64,000 bases of DNA from Squalus acanthias (GCA_030390025.1 CM059433.1:13332001-13396000), one strand, 5' to 3'; shown: positions 47,886-61,261, counted from the first letter of the stretch. A program made the numbers and translations. Notes: generated by a model not told the origin, from the sequence alone.

Positions 47886-48554
47886 GTGGCCATCGAGCTC
47901 TCTCATGCCCAGAAATTCATCTCAACAATGGGGAGGGAGTGTCCAAGACCGACATTGATGCCCAGCGAAGGGTTGGGGTGGAGGGGGTGGGGGTGGTGCA
48001 GAAATGACATTGTTCAAGACTGCTGGATGAGAGGGAAGAACAGGGTTAACGATGATGATCAGTCATAAAGGAAGGGTTAATTATAGGGCAGATAATGTTG
48101 ATCAGTTGTCTGCCATTGCCCAGGCCCTCTGTTTTCCTAGTTCACCTCCCAAAAATTAAAGTATGTCCTGTGCGGATCAGTTGTTTTTAGTGGAAAATGA
48201 ACAAGCGGCGCAAAGCTACTAATCACCAGATACCATGTGTTCCTGTCAAACACACCCCAGTCCTTCCGAGTCACTTTTGGCTTCAACTGTATGTTGGATG
48301 GGCTATTAATGGTATACTTTGGGCCTGCAGGTGTAGGACCAATGCTGTTCGGTTCATTGTCTTAATTTCTTTGATGGACCCACAACAAACGCTGCTAATG
48401 GAAATTTAGAGTGATGACCATTGGCAGTTAAAAGGAGGATAATTAGGAGTGAAAAGAAATCAAGAAATTGCTGCTTCTATCTTTCTTGTGTCTAGTATCA
48501 CCCAGTGGACCAAGATTCTTGCACAGTCAGGAAGCTGAGGCTAGTTACAGCGGA

Positions 48555-48609
48555 GCTGTCATAGTAACGTTAGGTCACGGAACGTAACCTTCATAGCGCC
48601 ACCTACAGG
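48555..48609. promoter_or_regulatory. candidate RFX X-box (48555-48568) and CTCF-like motif (48595-48609)
   Basis: GCTGTCATAGTAAC resembles the X-box consensus; AGCGCCACCTACAGG resembles the CTCF core; located in apparently non-repetitive, locally CpG-richer DNA. Confidence 0.45.
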
Positions 48610-49323
48610 TGGAGTACCAATAGAACGTTGCCGGCAAAACGGGTGGTAGCAGATCGACTGTCAGTTAAACACCCTGGCCAAGTTTACTTTCCAAATGAAA
48701 GGAAAATCGTAATGGGGTGCATAAAAGACGGCCAATCTATTACCTCCTGTATGGACTCCTGGTAAGGTTGAATTTTACCTCCACTGTTTTTAATATATGA
48801 TAAATATTAAATAAGTATTATAGTTGGAATAATTTCCTTTTAGCAAATACTTAACACAATATACTAGCAGTCTTATTTGCTAATGCAGCATGAAACATTG
48901 TCCAAAAGTCTCTGAAATTTATTTCCACAGTTTATTGACTTTTGTTTTATTTAATTAGTACAATTATTAAGGATATTATACTGTATGTCATAAGAAATTA
49001 TTACTTCCTGGCGTTCACTCTATTTTGTGTAATTATAGATTTCAGATATCATTGTTGGAAGGGCTTTGGAGGGAATTCTCAATGGAAGTGGCTCCAATGG
49101 ACCAACTCAGGATGGATTGGCATATTAGCCACCAGATAATGCCCTGGTATTTCCTTTAAGATTATTCTATAGAGATCTGAGATGATGATACCGCAACATG
49201 ACAAGGGGGAAGATTGGTATAATTTACAAATGAGTAAACATATCATAATGTCAAGGTCTGTCACTTTTTAATAGTTCTAAAATGTTCAGGTGACTTTGGA
49301 ATATTTGTTGATTTTTTAAAATA

Positions 49324-49889
49324 CAGGAAACTCTTGTTTATCCGGCACCCAAATATCCGGAATTCTCTCTTAACCGGCAAAAATCATCCTCCGAAAACTC
49401 CTCTCAAATAACCGGCAATGTTGCCGAGTCGCAGTCCGAGTCTCCGCGAACGCCGAGTACTCCGAAAACTCCTCTCAAATAACCGGCAATGTTGCCGATC
49501 CCGAGTCCGCGAACGCCGATTTAGTCAGTAGGGGTAGTTTTCAAAAGTGCCACTACTCGGCCTCCTGGCGCTGTCGGAAGTCCGAAACACTGCAGTAGCA
49601 GGAGTTGATTCTCCCGCGCTGCCGGGAGTCTCACTTACTGTTAAGTAATTAAAGAGTTATGGATTACTCTCAACTGGCAGTACTGTACTTAATCAAGCAT
49701 CTTCCACCATCCATTTAACACAACATTCTGTAGGTGAGTACCCAAATACTGTATACTGCACATTTCTTGATTTTTTAATTTTTCTTTGTTAAAAATAGCC
49801 TCGGTAGATTTAACTCTCTGTTATCCGGAACTTTCGATCAACCGGCACCACGCCGGTCCCGTCGGTGCCGGATACCAAAGAGTTTACTG
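49324..49889. mobile_element. pogo/Tigger-type (Tc1/mariner superfamily) MITE, TSD TA
   Basis: TA|CAGGAAACTCTTGTTTATCCGGCACC ... GGTGCCGGATACCAAAGAGTTTACTG|TA; internal ~72-bp duplication at 49389/49460. Confidence 0.85.
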
Positions 49890-49929
49890 TATTATTCCAA
49901 CCATCTTGACAAGTCTCAATGTCAACTAA

Positions 49930-50323
49930 GGTATTTTAAAATTTTCATCCTTGTTTTCAAATCCCTCCATGGCCTCACCCCTCCCTATCGCAGTAACCTC
50001 CTTCAGCCCTACAACCCTCCGAGGTCTCTGTGCTCCTCCAATTCTGGCCGCTTGTGCATCCCCGATTTTAATCGCTCTACTATTGACGTCCGTGCCTTCA
50101 GCTGCCGAGGCCCTAAGCTCTGGAATTCCCTCCTAAAACTCTCTGCCTCTCTACCTTACTTTCCTCTTTCAAGATGTTCCATAAAACCTGTCTCATCGAC
50201 CGAGCTTTTGGTCCCCTGTCCTAATATCACCTTATGTGGCTTGGTGTCAAATTTTGTTTGCTAATCGATCCCGTGGAACGTTTTACTACGTTAAAGGCGC
50301 TATATAAATGCAAGTCGTTGTTG
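49930..50323 (+). mobile_element. L2-type LINE 3' fragment
   Basis: RAFSCRGPKLWNSL; GGCGCTATATAAATGCAAGTCGTTGTTG tail. Confidence 0.8.
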
Positions 50324-50369
50324 TATGCACGTTGTTGTAGAAGGAGGTTAGGAGTAAAGAGTGAAGTTA

Positions 50370-50560
50370 AAGACCAGGAGGTCTTGGGCTTGATTCGGAG
50401 TCCAAGCTGAGCTTGCTGATCTCAGCTGCGATGGCAGCACGATACAATTAGCCTCAGCACCCCTGGCCTGGGAAAGTAAATTAGCCAGGGATCCCTCTCA
50501 TGATAATCTCTATTCAGTGACAAATGCTAGGAAAGTATATATGTGGCTGCGGGATGTCCG
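50370..50560 (+). mobile_element. LF-SINE-like ancient SINE remnant (a similar piece lies at ~11536-11630)
   Basis: GCTGATCTCAGC...ACAATTAGCCTCAGCACCCCTGG...ATTCAGTGAC motifs; family assignment recalled from memory, not searched. Confidence 0.45.
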
Positions 50561-50589
50561 CTATGATGACATCTATAGTAGAACATCCT

Positions 50590-51200
50590 GTCAAAATGGA
50601 ATAAAGGCGGCACAGAGGACTGACGCAGGATGACTGAACCATGACTGCTGCCAGGATAGCGAGCACATACCTGCCCGTGGTTGCAAACCAGCTGTACGTT
50701 GCGGGAGTGGAATCTCTTTTAAATTGATAAAGATGCCAGGCTGGTAATGGGGAGAATGCGAGGCGATGCGTATGATGTCTATATCACGGGGAAGTCTGCA
50801 ATGGAGGCGCCGCCGAGCGATCTCTCGTCCTGCTTTGCTCTGTCCATGGGGGAAGAGATGTGGGTGTTGCTGCTGGTGTCGAGAGCCTCCCTGATACATC
50901 GGTGCACTGTGAACTGCGATACGTCGCTGAAGTCGCCTGCTGCAGCCTAAAAGGATCCCGCGGCAGATAAGTTAAGGGCCATGGTGACCTTGACAAGCAC
51001 AGGCAGCGCTCTCCAAGTTCAATCGAAAGGGATTTCACTCCCTCAGCATACAGCTGGTTTGCTACCACAGGCAGAGCCTCATGCAGGTCTCAGCCTGGTA
51101 TTCTGGCAGCAGTCATGACTCATCATCCTGTGTCAGAAGATTGCGTGCTGCCTGGGACAACACTAACAGACATGTTCAGTGAGTGCCCTGCCCCCCATAG
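50590..51200. pseudogene. Two divergently oriented decayed Harbinger transposase fragments (50590-51010 minus; 51014-51200 plus)
   Basis: minus: LPVLVKVTMALNL..GSF.AAAGD..DVSQFTVHRCIRE; plus: [19 protein letters not shown]...YSGSSHDS. Confidence 0.7.
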
Positions 51201-51727
51201 GCTTTATCGAATTTCTAGGCCAGTAAGGCAAGAAAGCCAATCAGAGCTTTCTACCCAAAGGATAGCACACGTGTGGAATAAGTTACTGGAGCAGGCTATT
51301 GGAACAAACAATGCGAATAATTTCAGAAGACAGCTTGGTGTGTTTTTGAACGGAGAAATGATTGAGAAATAGGGTGAGAAGGTGAATAGATGGGATTGGT
51401 CTGGCAAAAAGAGATCAGCCTTTTCATTATCCAAATAATAGAGAATTTTGTTTGTAAAAAAATTGCTAAAAACTTATCTCTTTTAAACTTGAATTCCCTT
51501 ATATGATTGGTTAGTACCTCACTCAGTTTATATACATTTTAAACAACATTATCCCTGAATTGCTAAGGACATTATTTAGAAACACTAACAATTCAACCAA
51601 AAATCCAACTGATCATGAATTAGTTGTCAATAATTTAAGAACACTGTTTATTATTTAAGCTTGGGAGATTCTACATGCTTACATGAGTAATACAGAATCT
51701 TTGTATTCCACCTATAGCAATTATTAC

Positions 51728-52460
51728 GGGGGCGATTTTGTGACTGGGGCGTGTTGAAGGCGGGACTGCTGCTTGGCGGGTCGATGTCCCGCCTCCATCG
51801 ATTTGTGGCCAACCCACGCTATTTTCCCTGATTGACCTTGTTAAGCCCGCCCAGTGGGCTTAGCAGGCCAATGAAAGGAAAGCCGGTTGCAGAGCACGTC
51901 AATGTATGACGTTACATCTGTCAAAAAATTTTGACAGATGAATTGTCATCATTTGACAGCTCTGTGAAGCTGTCAAACAGTGACAATCTCTGCAGTTTGA
52001 TGAGGTCTTGCATACAATACCTCATCAACCTTCTTTCTTTTACAGAAATTAGATGGTTGTTGCATCTGAGAATGCAACGGCCATCTCTCATCTGCAACAT
52101 GGAGCTGCGAGACTCTCCGCAAATAAACCGACTGAAGCCAGCAGAAGAAACAAAGGTAAGTCCACTTTTAAAAACACTTTGCACTTACCTCAGATACTCA
52201 CCTCTACACTCTTGCACCCATCACTTACCTTCACACCACACTTTTGCACCCCCGACCCCCGCAGACCCAGTACTCGCCTCGATGAGCTGGCGTGTTTTGG
52301 AGCCTGGAGACAGGACCCGGCGCGGGATGGCTACCTGCCGCCTGGGAAGATGGCATGGAGGCGGATTGGGGGAGGAATGGGCACCCGCCCCCAAATTCTG
52401 CCATTTTCCCGGCAGTCCCACCTCCATACCCGCCTCCCCAGGGCTGGCAAGATCGCCCCC
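51728..52460. mobile_element. Harbinger-type MITE, TSD TAC
   Basis: GGGGGCGATTTTG / CAAGATCGCCCCC; TAC on both sides; homolog of 22811-23625. Confidence 0.85.
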
Positions 52461-52717
52461 TACATATCAAATACATAACCATGTAGGAAAAGGGGATAAT
52501 AGACCCATGAGGAGTCATTATTCAATCATCACCCAATAGTTGGAAAAGAAGAAAACACTTTGCTTTGCTTCTCCAGAACCACCTTATAGCAATAATTGCC
52601 TTTAGTTCTTTTGGTGAATTTCACAAAAGAGTCGCAGCAGGAGGATTATTATCCAAATTCAAGGTCCAGTCTTTTTACCACGATTAAGAGTCACCGCCCT
52701 TCAAGTTAATAGTTTTA

Positions 52718-53339
52718 GGGGCAGAAATTCAGTATCGCCCCATTTGGGCGCAAAGTTTAGCGCCTGGCGCTAATTATTGCCTCCGACTGCAAACTTGGCT
52801 TTTATCGCCCCTGGAGGTGATTGGAGCGCTAAATCAGGCGCTGCACACCTGTCTTAAGGCGCAAAGGCCGAGGAGCGAGGCGCTACCTCAGAGCGCTGGC
52901 GAAGCTCATGTGATGTCAGTCAGCAGTGGAACACAGACACACTGGCGGGGGCCAGTTCTTAAAGGGGAGGGTCGATCTTGCTCTCCATCCACATCCTGCT
53001 CATTGCAGCCTTGAATCTAAGCCTGGAGAGACCTGTACATCAAATCTGTTGGAAAAAACAATGGAGAGGCCCAGGGAAAGATTTCAGAGTGCAGCCCCCT
53101 AAGTCTCTTCTAAATCGATGCAAGGAAGATCAAATCAAAAAGAACCTGCAAAGTGCTGCTCAGTACCCAAAACTCCTCAACACAGCTTTGAATATCTCCT
53201 GCAGTCTCTCTCTCTCACTCAGAATGTGTGGTGAAAAAATTTTGACGACAAAAAAAGGCAGGAAGCGGTCGCCTTTAAATAGCACTCCCCCAGTCCCTTC
53301 CCGACTGCAAAACGCTCCCCTCAACCTGTTGTTGCTAGC
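52718..53339 (+). mobile_element. Truncated non-autonomous relative of the young Harbinger (same subfamily as 62322-63194)
   Basis: GGGGCAGAAATTCAG start; left end matches 6973-7340; right end missing. Confidence 0.8.
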
Positions 53340-53865
53340 TGTCTTTATGGAAGATGGACTGAAAAACACCCCAGTGACTTGAGACCAATTGTAAACCAAC
53401 AAGCTGGTTTATTTTATATAAAATATATGAATGACGGGGAGATTCTTCAATTCCCGACCATTCCTCATATCATAAAAACAATTAAAATGTGCAACTGTAC
53501 CACTAGATAAAACTCACTTTCAAGCTAGCAGTCCCAAACCTAATTGGTACTGTATTTAGGCTATAAGCAGCATGGGTACACTCTCTCAGGATGGAGCCTC
53601 CGTGTCTCTGACTGCCTCACGCTCATCCTCCAGAGAGAGAGAGAGAAAAACACTTACAGTCCCCTGACTTTTCTCACAACTCTGTTGGCCAACCGAGCTG
53701 CCAAAGTTATCACTTTGAAGGACATACTGCTCCCTTGATGTGGGAGCTTGCAGCACCTGTATATCTTGTTCAGCCAAGCAAGGCCTCTTGCCAAGTTTGT
53801 TGAATGAAAACCATTTTTTCATCAGGGTGGGAAAGACCCAAGATCAAAGCTTAATGAAACTCATT

Positions 53866-54608
53866 GGCCCAGAAATTAAAGACGGAGCGTTCCTGCGGGG
53901 GTAAGGCTTCCCCGCGATATCTCACTGCGCGCCTACCTTTTCCCTCCGAGCTCACACGAACTTTAGTTTCAAGGCTGCAGCTGTGCAGTGTGTGCGTATC
54001 CCAGAGACGGAGTTAGTTCGTGCGAGCTCTGGGATCACGTGATTCAGTTAGAGCCAATGGCAGCACACCATCTTTCATTCATAGTTTTGACAGCAAGGGC
54101 TGTCAAAGCTATGAATCTATACCCCCCCAAAAGAACAGCTAAACCTCAATTAAATTAAAAAAAAAGCCATCACATTAATAAAATAAGTATAGTTAAATAA
54201 ATTAACCACTTTAAACAAAAAATTACATTTTTGAAAAAATTTAAAATCTTTTTAAAAGTTATAAAAATAAACTTACCTTGCTTTAAAGTCTCTAAAAAAG
54301 ATAAACCTGTTGAAAAAAATTTAAAATAATACTTAATTAACTACTTACCTTGTTAAAAGAGGGTCTTACGCCTCCTTTCTTTATGTGCAAAATCTTCCAT
54401 GCTTACCTGCGCGTTCAAAGCACTAAGTGCACTGCGTGCGCGCAGCCTGTAGCGCGCACGCGGTTCACTTAGGAACCGCCCCCTTTTGAGTTCACGAAGT
54501 GCCGGTTTCCCGCGCATGCGCAGTGCATGCTGGAAACCGGCAATTGGAGACAGAATACGCGAGAGTACACAGTGCATACTCTCGCGTACTGGTACTAATT
54601 TTTGGGCC
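53866..54608. mobile_element. Harbinger-type MITE related to the ends of 11636-24515
   Basis: TIR GGCCCAGAAATTA / TAATTTTTGGGCC; GC-rich ends and AT-rich core. Confidence 0.75.
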
Positions 54609-56224
54609 AATGTCTTAAAGGTAATGTAACATGCAAAAGTCAAGAATCTGATGTCTGGTCTGTCCGGTGTCCCCACCTGAGAACCATCCTGAGAAACATT
54701 CTAAATGGCTTGTCCTGTCTGTGGGGGTTAACCCTTTGTGCGCTTAGCTGGGTATAATCTTTAAAGCAATATCATGACGTAAATGAAAATAAACTCCCTT
54801 CCAGGCCACATGGGTAAAAATCTCCAAGTGCTATACAGACCTATCTCAGTTCTGTGCCTTGGCCCAAGTAATGCCAGCTGAAAGCGTACATTGCAGTGCT
54901 CCCAACTTTGGTGTGATGAGACTGAGTGTAAACCAACAAACTGATTTGTTTTTAACACGTTCTGATTTAACAGAAGTCCATTATAATTGCTTCACTTTAT
55001 GTTTTTGAATGATATAACTATATGAATCCAACTAAGGACAATTGTCCTGCATACTTTGAATATTGTTTCTTCACCGTCCGCTTTCTACTTGGCAAGACTT
55101 GATGGTGTCCACCAATGTGTGTAGGTACTCAACACATGTGAACCCATTTATTTAAATATAATTAATAAGTGCTAGCTGGTGCCTAAAATGAAGATACAAA
55201 GCCCAGTTCCAAATCAATGTAATAGTTTTGCATTGTGCACATGCTAGGGGTGGTTCCAATTGCATTTTAACGGAATATTTTGCCTTCTGATTTTTTTTGA
55301 TTCTGCAGCTGAAGTCCATTTGTTCAAAAATTAACTTTAAAAAAAAACTTAGTTGAGAAGTCAGCTTTCTACAAAGAACTCACAAATGGTTATGGTTAAG
55401 TTCTGACAAAGGGAGACGAGTTCTCATCTGGAAAACATTACAATGTATAGAGAGACGCTGACGCATACAGATAAACAATGAAAGGCTGTAAGCCACTAGA
55501 AAATGTTATCTACTGCGAGTACAGATAATGCCAATTGTAGTCAATTTTGTGGCATGAATGATGTCTAAAACTATGATTGGCTAAAAAGCCACATATAACA
55601 TTTTAACAATGCAGTCAACTCCAGATAAACATCGGTCTTATCTGAACATAATTTTGATCCAAGGAATGAATTCCAATATTCCAAACCACTTTCCATTCAA
55701 ATTGTTTTGAAATTCTTGATGTAATCATAACCAATAATCAAATACTAAATCCTAATCAAAGCAAAAGATGCTCCCAAATTATCCCATTTCCTCAGCATTA
55801 ATATAGTCAGTCTCACTTCATCTAGAGACAGCAGTGTACTTCAGGAGTCTGATTACTTTGTACAAAATATTTCTAATTAAGTGTTTACTTTTGCTTTTGT
55901 TTAGATGAATTGCTGAATGAATGATTAAATGGACCATGGCACAAGGGTTTGAAAATTAGCTCTATTTATATGCAGTTTATATAATCCTGACCCAAGCATA
56001 ACATTGCTTGGCAGAAAAATCACACAGGATGTAATTTCAAACTTAGTTTATTCCTTCCATATTTAAGAGACATAAATAATAATAGGCTTGGTTGTCTTGA
56101 GAGTAGACTCCCAGTATGAGCAAACTACTGATCAACTCATTTAATGTTCATTTTATTGATTAATGAATTTGACCTGGAATAATTTTCCAATGATAAAATT
56201 GCTCATTCTATTCCAAGATAACAT

Positions 56225-56425
56225 AACCAACATAACAAAAACAGATTATCTGGTCATTATCACATTGCTGTTTGTGGGACCTTGCTGTGAGCAAATTGGT
56301 TGCCGCGTTTCCCGCATTACAACAGTGACTCCACTTCAAAAGTACCTCATTGACTGTAAAGCGCTTTGAGACGTCTGGTGGTCATGAAAGGCGCTATAGA
56401 AATGCAAGACGTTCTTTCTTTCTTT
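56225..56425 (+). mobile_element. DeuSINE 3' partial
   Basis: ACAGATTATCTGGTCATTATCACATTGCTG...GGCGCTATAGAAATGCAAG. Confidence 0.7.
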
Positions 56426-56762
56426 GAAGAGTCATATTTTCTCAGGCTGTCCTTTCCATTTTCATGTTTGTTACCATCTTATGTGATAAATAATTAGAGG
56501 ACGAACAGATATTACATGAATTGCTTTCCTTTGCTTATCCTATGTTATTGAGGGTACATTGATCTCCAGAGCTTTTGTTTGACATACTTCTAGACTAAGC
56601 ATAGGGCCAGTTTGGGGTAACCAGTTATGTCGATAGCAATGTAACCCAATGTAATTTTCATAATAATGTTTGGATATTGACAAAGATGCAATTTGTTGGA
56701 TCTTTGAACTTGTTCAAAAGATTGCTGTGAGGATTACATGAATGCTGCAGCCAGAATTTTAA

Positions 56763-57170
56763 TAAGTGCCGCTTGATAGCACTGTCGATGACACCTTCCA
56801 TCACTTTGACGATGATTGAGAGTAGACGGATGGGGCGGTAATTTGCCGGATTGGATTTGTCCTGCTTTTTGTGGACAGGACATACACGGGCAGTTTTTAC
56901 ATTGTCGGGTAGATGCCAGTGTTGTAGCTGTACTGGAGCAGCTTGGCTAGAGGCGCGGCTAGTTCTGGCGCACAAGTCTTCAGCACGACAGCCGGGATTG
57001 TTGTCGGGGCCCATAGCCTTTGCTGTATCCAGTGCGCTCAGCAGTTTCTTGATATCACGTGGAGTGAATCGAATTGGCTGAAGATTGGCTTCTGTGATGG
57101 TGGGGACCTCAGGAGGAGGTCGATATGGATCATCCACCCGGCGCTTCTGGCTGAAGATGGTTACAAATGC
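56763..57170 (-). mobile_element. LINE RT N-terminal fragment (CR1/L2 group)
   Basis: LDTAKAMGPD..., VCPVHKKQDKSNPANYRPI.LLSII.KVME. Confidence 0.85.
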
Positions 57171-57429
57171 TTATGCCGTAAGCCATATGCTTATTTTAAA
57201 GGAACATCATGCACCCTTTTTGATTACATTTACATTGAAATCCTTTTGTCATTTGTAAATCAAAAAATACTTTGTTAAATTCTGTTGCTGCAATCTATTT
57301 TAAAATAATCACGTTAAAACATTGCCTGGAGATGCAGTTCCAACATTCAAGTAGTCTTCTGTTCCCGTTATCTTACAGGGATGCCACAGAGGGCAGGCCT
57401 GACTTCAATGCCAGCAGTGCAATATAAAC

Positions 57430-58042
57430 GAGGCTTTATAAATAGTGGCATAGAGTGCAAAAGCAAGGAGATTATGGTAAACCTTTATAAATCACTGGGT
57501 ATTGCATCCAATTCTAGGCAGCACACTTTAGGCAGGAATCCAAGGCCTTGGAGAGGCTACTGAGGAGATTTACCAGAATGGCACTAGGAATTAGGGACTT
57601 CAGTTATGTGGAGAGACTGGAGAAGCTGGGTTTGTTCTCCTTAGAGCAGAGAAGGTTAAGGGGAGATTTAATAGAGGTATTCAAAATTATGAGGGGTTTT
57701 GATAGAGTAGATGGGGAGAAACTGTTTCCATTGGCAGGAGGGATGGTAACGAGAGGACACAAATATCAGGTAATTGCCAAAAAAGCCAGTGGGGAGATCA
57801 GAGAAATTGTTTTACGTGGTGAGTTGTTATGATGTGGAATATGCTGCCTGAAAGGGTGGTGGAAGCAGATTCAATAGTAGTGTTCAAAGGGGAATTGGAT
57901 ATTTACTTGATAAGGAGAAATTTGCAGGACTCGGGAAAAAGCAGGGGAGTGGAACTAATTAGATAGCTCTTTCAAAGAGCCGGCATAGGCACAATGGGCC
58001 GAATGGCCTCCTTTTGTGCTGTATCATTTTATGATTCTATGA
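57430..58042 (+). mobile_element. CR1 LINE 3' fragment
   Basis: RFTRM...SYVERLEKLGLFSLEQRRLRGDLIEVFK. Confidence 0.9.
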
Positions 58043-58964
58043 TCTCATCTTCCAACATCTGAAGGAGCAGAGAACCACTCCCAGTGGTGATTTTCCAAGG
58101 CTGCTCTAAAGGCAGCAAATGCATCTACAACTATTTCTCTTCTGTTTCTACTGCTTCACAAAGTTAAAGGAACAAATTGGGAGCTGCCGTACTGTGCACA
58201 ACTGCTTGGATTAGAAGTGGGCATTCCATGTGTCGGGGAGCCCAGAACCAAAAGATGATTGCATCTGCAGTAGCAGCAAGGATAATGGGCACAGATAGCC
58301 TCACAGCACAGATAATATCTTATTGCTCATGCAAGGTTGCAAGCTGTAGCCTCAGGGTGTAATTACTGTGAACCATTATTGATTGTAATAGTTTTGGAGT
58401 GCCATAATACTAAATGTTTACTGTCAGGCTTTCAAGAAGTAGCCTCTTGTGCGCAGTAATTGGACTATACTGGTGGTTACTTCCATCACTCTTATTGTCA
58501 TATTGGCAGATGATAATGGGAAAAGAATGGTGGATAGAATGAAATGCAGATAAATCAAGGAATTGTAGAAACAATTAGCCTAACATTTTACAGACTGCTG
58601 TCTACGTTCATCTAAAGTGAGCAATGCCTGGAATTCTTTGAGGAGGTAGCCCTATAGTGCTGAGGGCTATTTAATGGACATAATTTACTTGAACTTTCAG
58701 AAACTCGATAATGTTCTGTTCCTGAGGCTTTTTAAAGAAGACAAAAGCACATGGAATTAATGGGAATGTTGTTGGCCTGGCTTTAAAACTGGCTTGGCAA
58801 TAAAAAGCAGAAAGGGATGATAACCAGAAAAGATTCTGCCTCTGGGCCAATGATTAATGGAGTTCCATGGGACTAGGTTCTTGGTCTTCTGCTGTTTGCT
58901 CTCTTCATAAATGATCGGGAAGAGATTATTCCTTGTGATATTACAGAATTTATTAATGACATCC

Positions 58965-59693
58965 AAAACAACTTGCATTTGTATAGCACTTTTAAAGTAG
59001 AAAAATGTCCAGAGGTGCATCACAGATGAGAGAAGCATGGACTGTGAGGGTTTGTATGGAGTTAGGAGAGATGACTGAAGCATTGATCAAGGAGATGATC
59101 AGGAGGTTTTGAAAGCCGTGGACAAAAATAAAGAGGCCGAGGTGTCTGGTGGGAGGGGGTCCCAGCGAATAGAGTCTAGATGGCTGAGGCGGTGCAGCAA
59201 TAGAATGAAAGTAGAAGGGAATACACAAAGCCAGAATCAGAGGACCGTAGGGGACAAGAGGGATATCAATCTAGAGAAGGTGGGGGTGGATTGAGGCCAT
59301 GAAAGAATTTGTAGATGAGGACGAGGATTTTAAATTTGATGCATTGAGGAACAAGGAGCTTGTACAGATCACTGAGGAGGGGGCCATTGGGTGAGTGGAA
59401 TTTAGTGTGGGACAGGATATGGATTCATAGAATCATAGAATGATACAGCACAGAATGAGGCAATTTGGCCCATCGTGTCTGTGCCAGCTCTTTGAAATTA
59501 GTCCCACTCCCTTGCTCTTTCCCCAGAGCCCTACAAATCTCTCCTTTTTAAGTATATATCCAATTCCCTCTTGAAAATTACTATTAAATCTGCTCCACCA
59601 CCTTTTCATGCAGTGCATTCCAGATCATAACAACTCGCTGCGTAAAGATATTTCTCCTCATCTCCCTCCTGGCTTTTTTGCCAATTACCTTAA
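58965..59693 (-). mobile_element. Decayed L2 fragment (58965-59420) followed by a CR1 3' fragment (59426-59693)
   Basis: L2 tail ACAACTTGCATTTGTATAGC; CR1 tail CATAGAATCATAGAAT and RRNIFTQRVV. Confidence 0.7.
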
Positions 59694-60476
59694 TGCTGGA
59701 GAACATAGTTTTAGCATTCGGCACTCCCAGCTGCAGAGTAAAGATACTACAGTCAACGTGGCTCAAACCCAAGTTAAGGAAAGCATCCTCTAGTGCACCA
59801 GTGTGACATTTTATGTTTCCTACACCAGCCATTCTAGTGACTTTTCTGAGTTATACTGCTACATATATGAGCGGTGGAATTTTAGCTAAGTTGGAGTTTG
59901 TGGAGGTCAGGAGGCCAGTGAGCAGGGCATTGGAGAAATCAAGTTTGACAAAGTGACGATAAGGGTTTCAGGGCAGTGGCAAGCAATGGTGTCATCGTAT
60001 CATATCTTCACACTCTTCCCTGCTACAGGGCTACACATGCCTTGGCATTATCATAGTATTTGGCAAGGTCAGTAGCATGAAGGACTCAGACAGCAGAGCA
60101 GATGGTCCTTTGTTTGCGGCTTATCACCACAGTCACACATCACTGAGTTACTGTCGTTGTAACCTCATCCCGCACAATTACTTTTGAATGGCCAGTGTGT
60201 AAGCGGTTGAAGCATTGCCAGATAGGCCATGGCTCAGAGATTCTCATCGGGTTTGATATCCAGATGATATGGCTTATTCTGTAGATGTGTTCACCAGGCA
60301 TTAATTCTCCTCTGTTTCACACTAGAGCTAAGAGGGTTGACAGAGTGCCTCAAATCCAGTCTACTCTGCAGCACGATGGCACTGAAACAATGGATGGCCA
60401 GAATCATTAGATTGTTTGTTCATTTCGGCTTTGGTTACGGCTGCTCTTCATAGGTATGGAGATACAATACCTATCA

Positions 60477-60915
60477 GAAAGAAAGACTTAGATTTCTATC
60501 GCGCCTTTCACGACCACCAGACGTCTCAAAGCACTTTACAGCCAATGAAGTACTTTTATTTAAAAAGTGGATTCACTGTTGTAATGTGGCAGCCAATGTA
60601 CACACAGCAAGTTCCCACAAACAGCAATGTGATAATGACCAGATAATCTGTTTTTGTTATGTTGGATGAGGGATGAATATTGGGATAACTCCCCTGCTCT
60701 TCTTCGAAATAGTGCCATGGGATCTTTTACGAGAGCAGATGGGGCCTCGGTTTAACGTCTCATCCGAAAGATGGCACCTCCGACAGTGCAGCACTCCCTC
60801 AGCACTGCACTGGGAGTGTCAGCCTAGCTTTATGTGCTCAAGTCCCTGGAGTGGGACTTGAACCCACAACCTTCTGACTCAGAGGTGAGTGTGCTACCCA
60901 CTGAGCCACAGCTGA
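60477..60915 (-). mobile_element. DeuSINE (SacSINE1-like) SINE
   Basis: near full-length reverse homolog of 5176-5620. Confidence 0.75.
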
Positions 60916-60924
60916 CACTGACAC

Positions 60925-61260
60925 TTTACAGCAGTACGTAAAGATCATCTACCTGGGTAGGTTTAAGGCAACCAGGAATGCAATGGCAGCAGACGTTAAG
61001 AACTGAGCATTCCCATACTGAGCAAGCATATTCGGCAGCAGAATGCCAGAGTTGTAGTCTTGATAGTGTTTGGATCAGTGCCCCACTTTGAGTTAGCCAG
61101 ATTTTGTGGGATGTTATTCTAAGTTCCAACTTTAGTTTTGCTCTTGATGATACATTCCTCGTAAATCAAAGTGCGATCCAGTGTCATACCAAAGTAGGCA
61201 GGGTTGAAACAATGATCAAGTCTTTTCCTGTTCCAGTCAATATGTAATTCCTGTTTGGCT
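60925..61260 (-). mobile_element. Decayed Vingi/Ingi-like LINE fragment
   Basis: SAAEYACSVWE...PGCLKPTQVDDLYVL motif. Confidence 0.55.
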
Positions 61261-61261
61261 T

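Noticed and set aside
51931..52539. 202-aa ORF
   Set aside because: Within a MITE; the homologous copy at 22811-23625 does not keep the frame.
53586..53822. 78-aa minus-strand ORF with a GTAAGT donor near 53658
   Set aside because: No clear acceptor or homology; cannot be supported as an exon.
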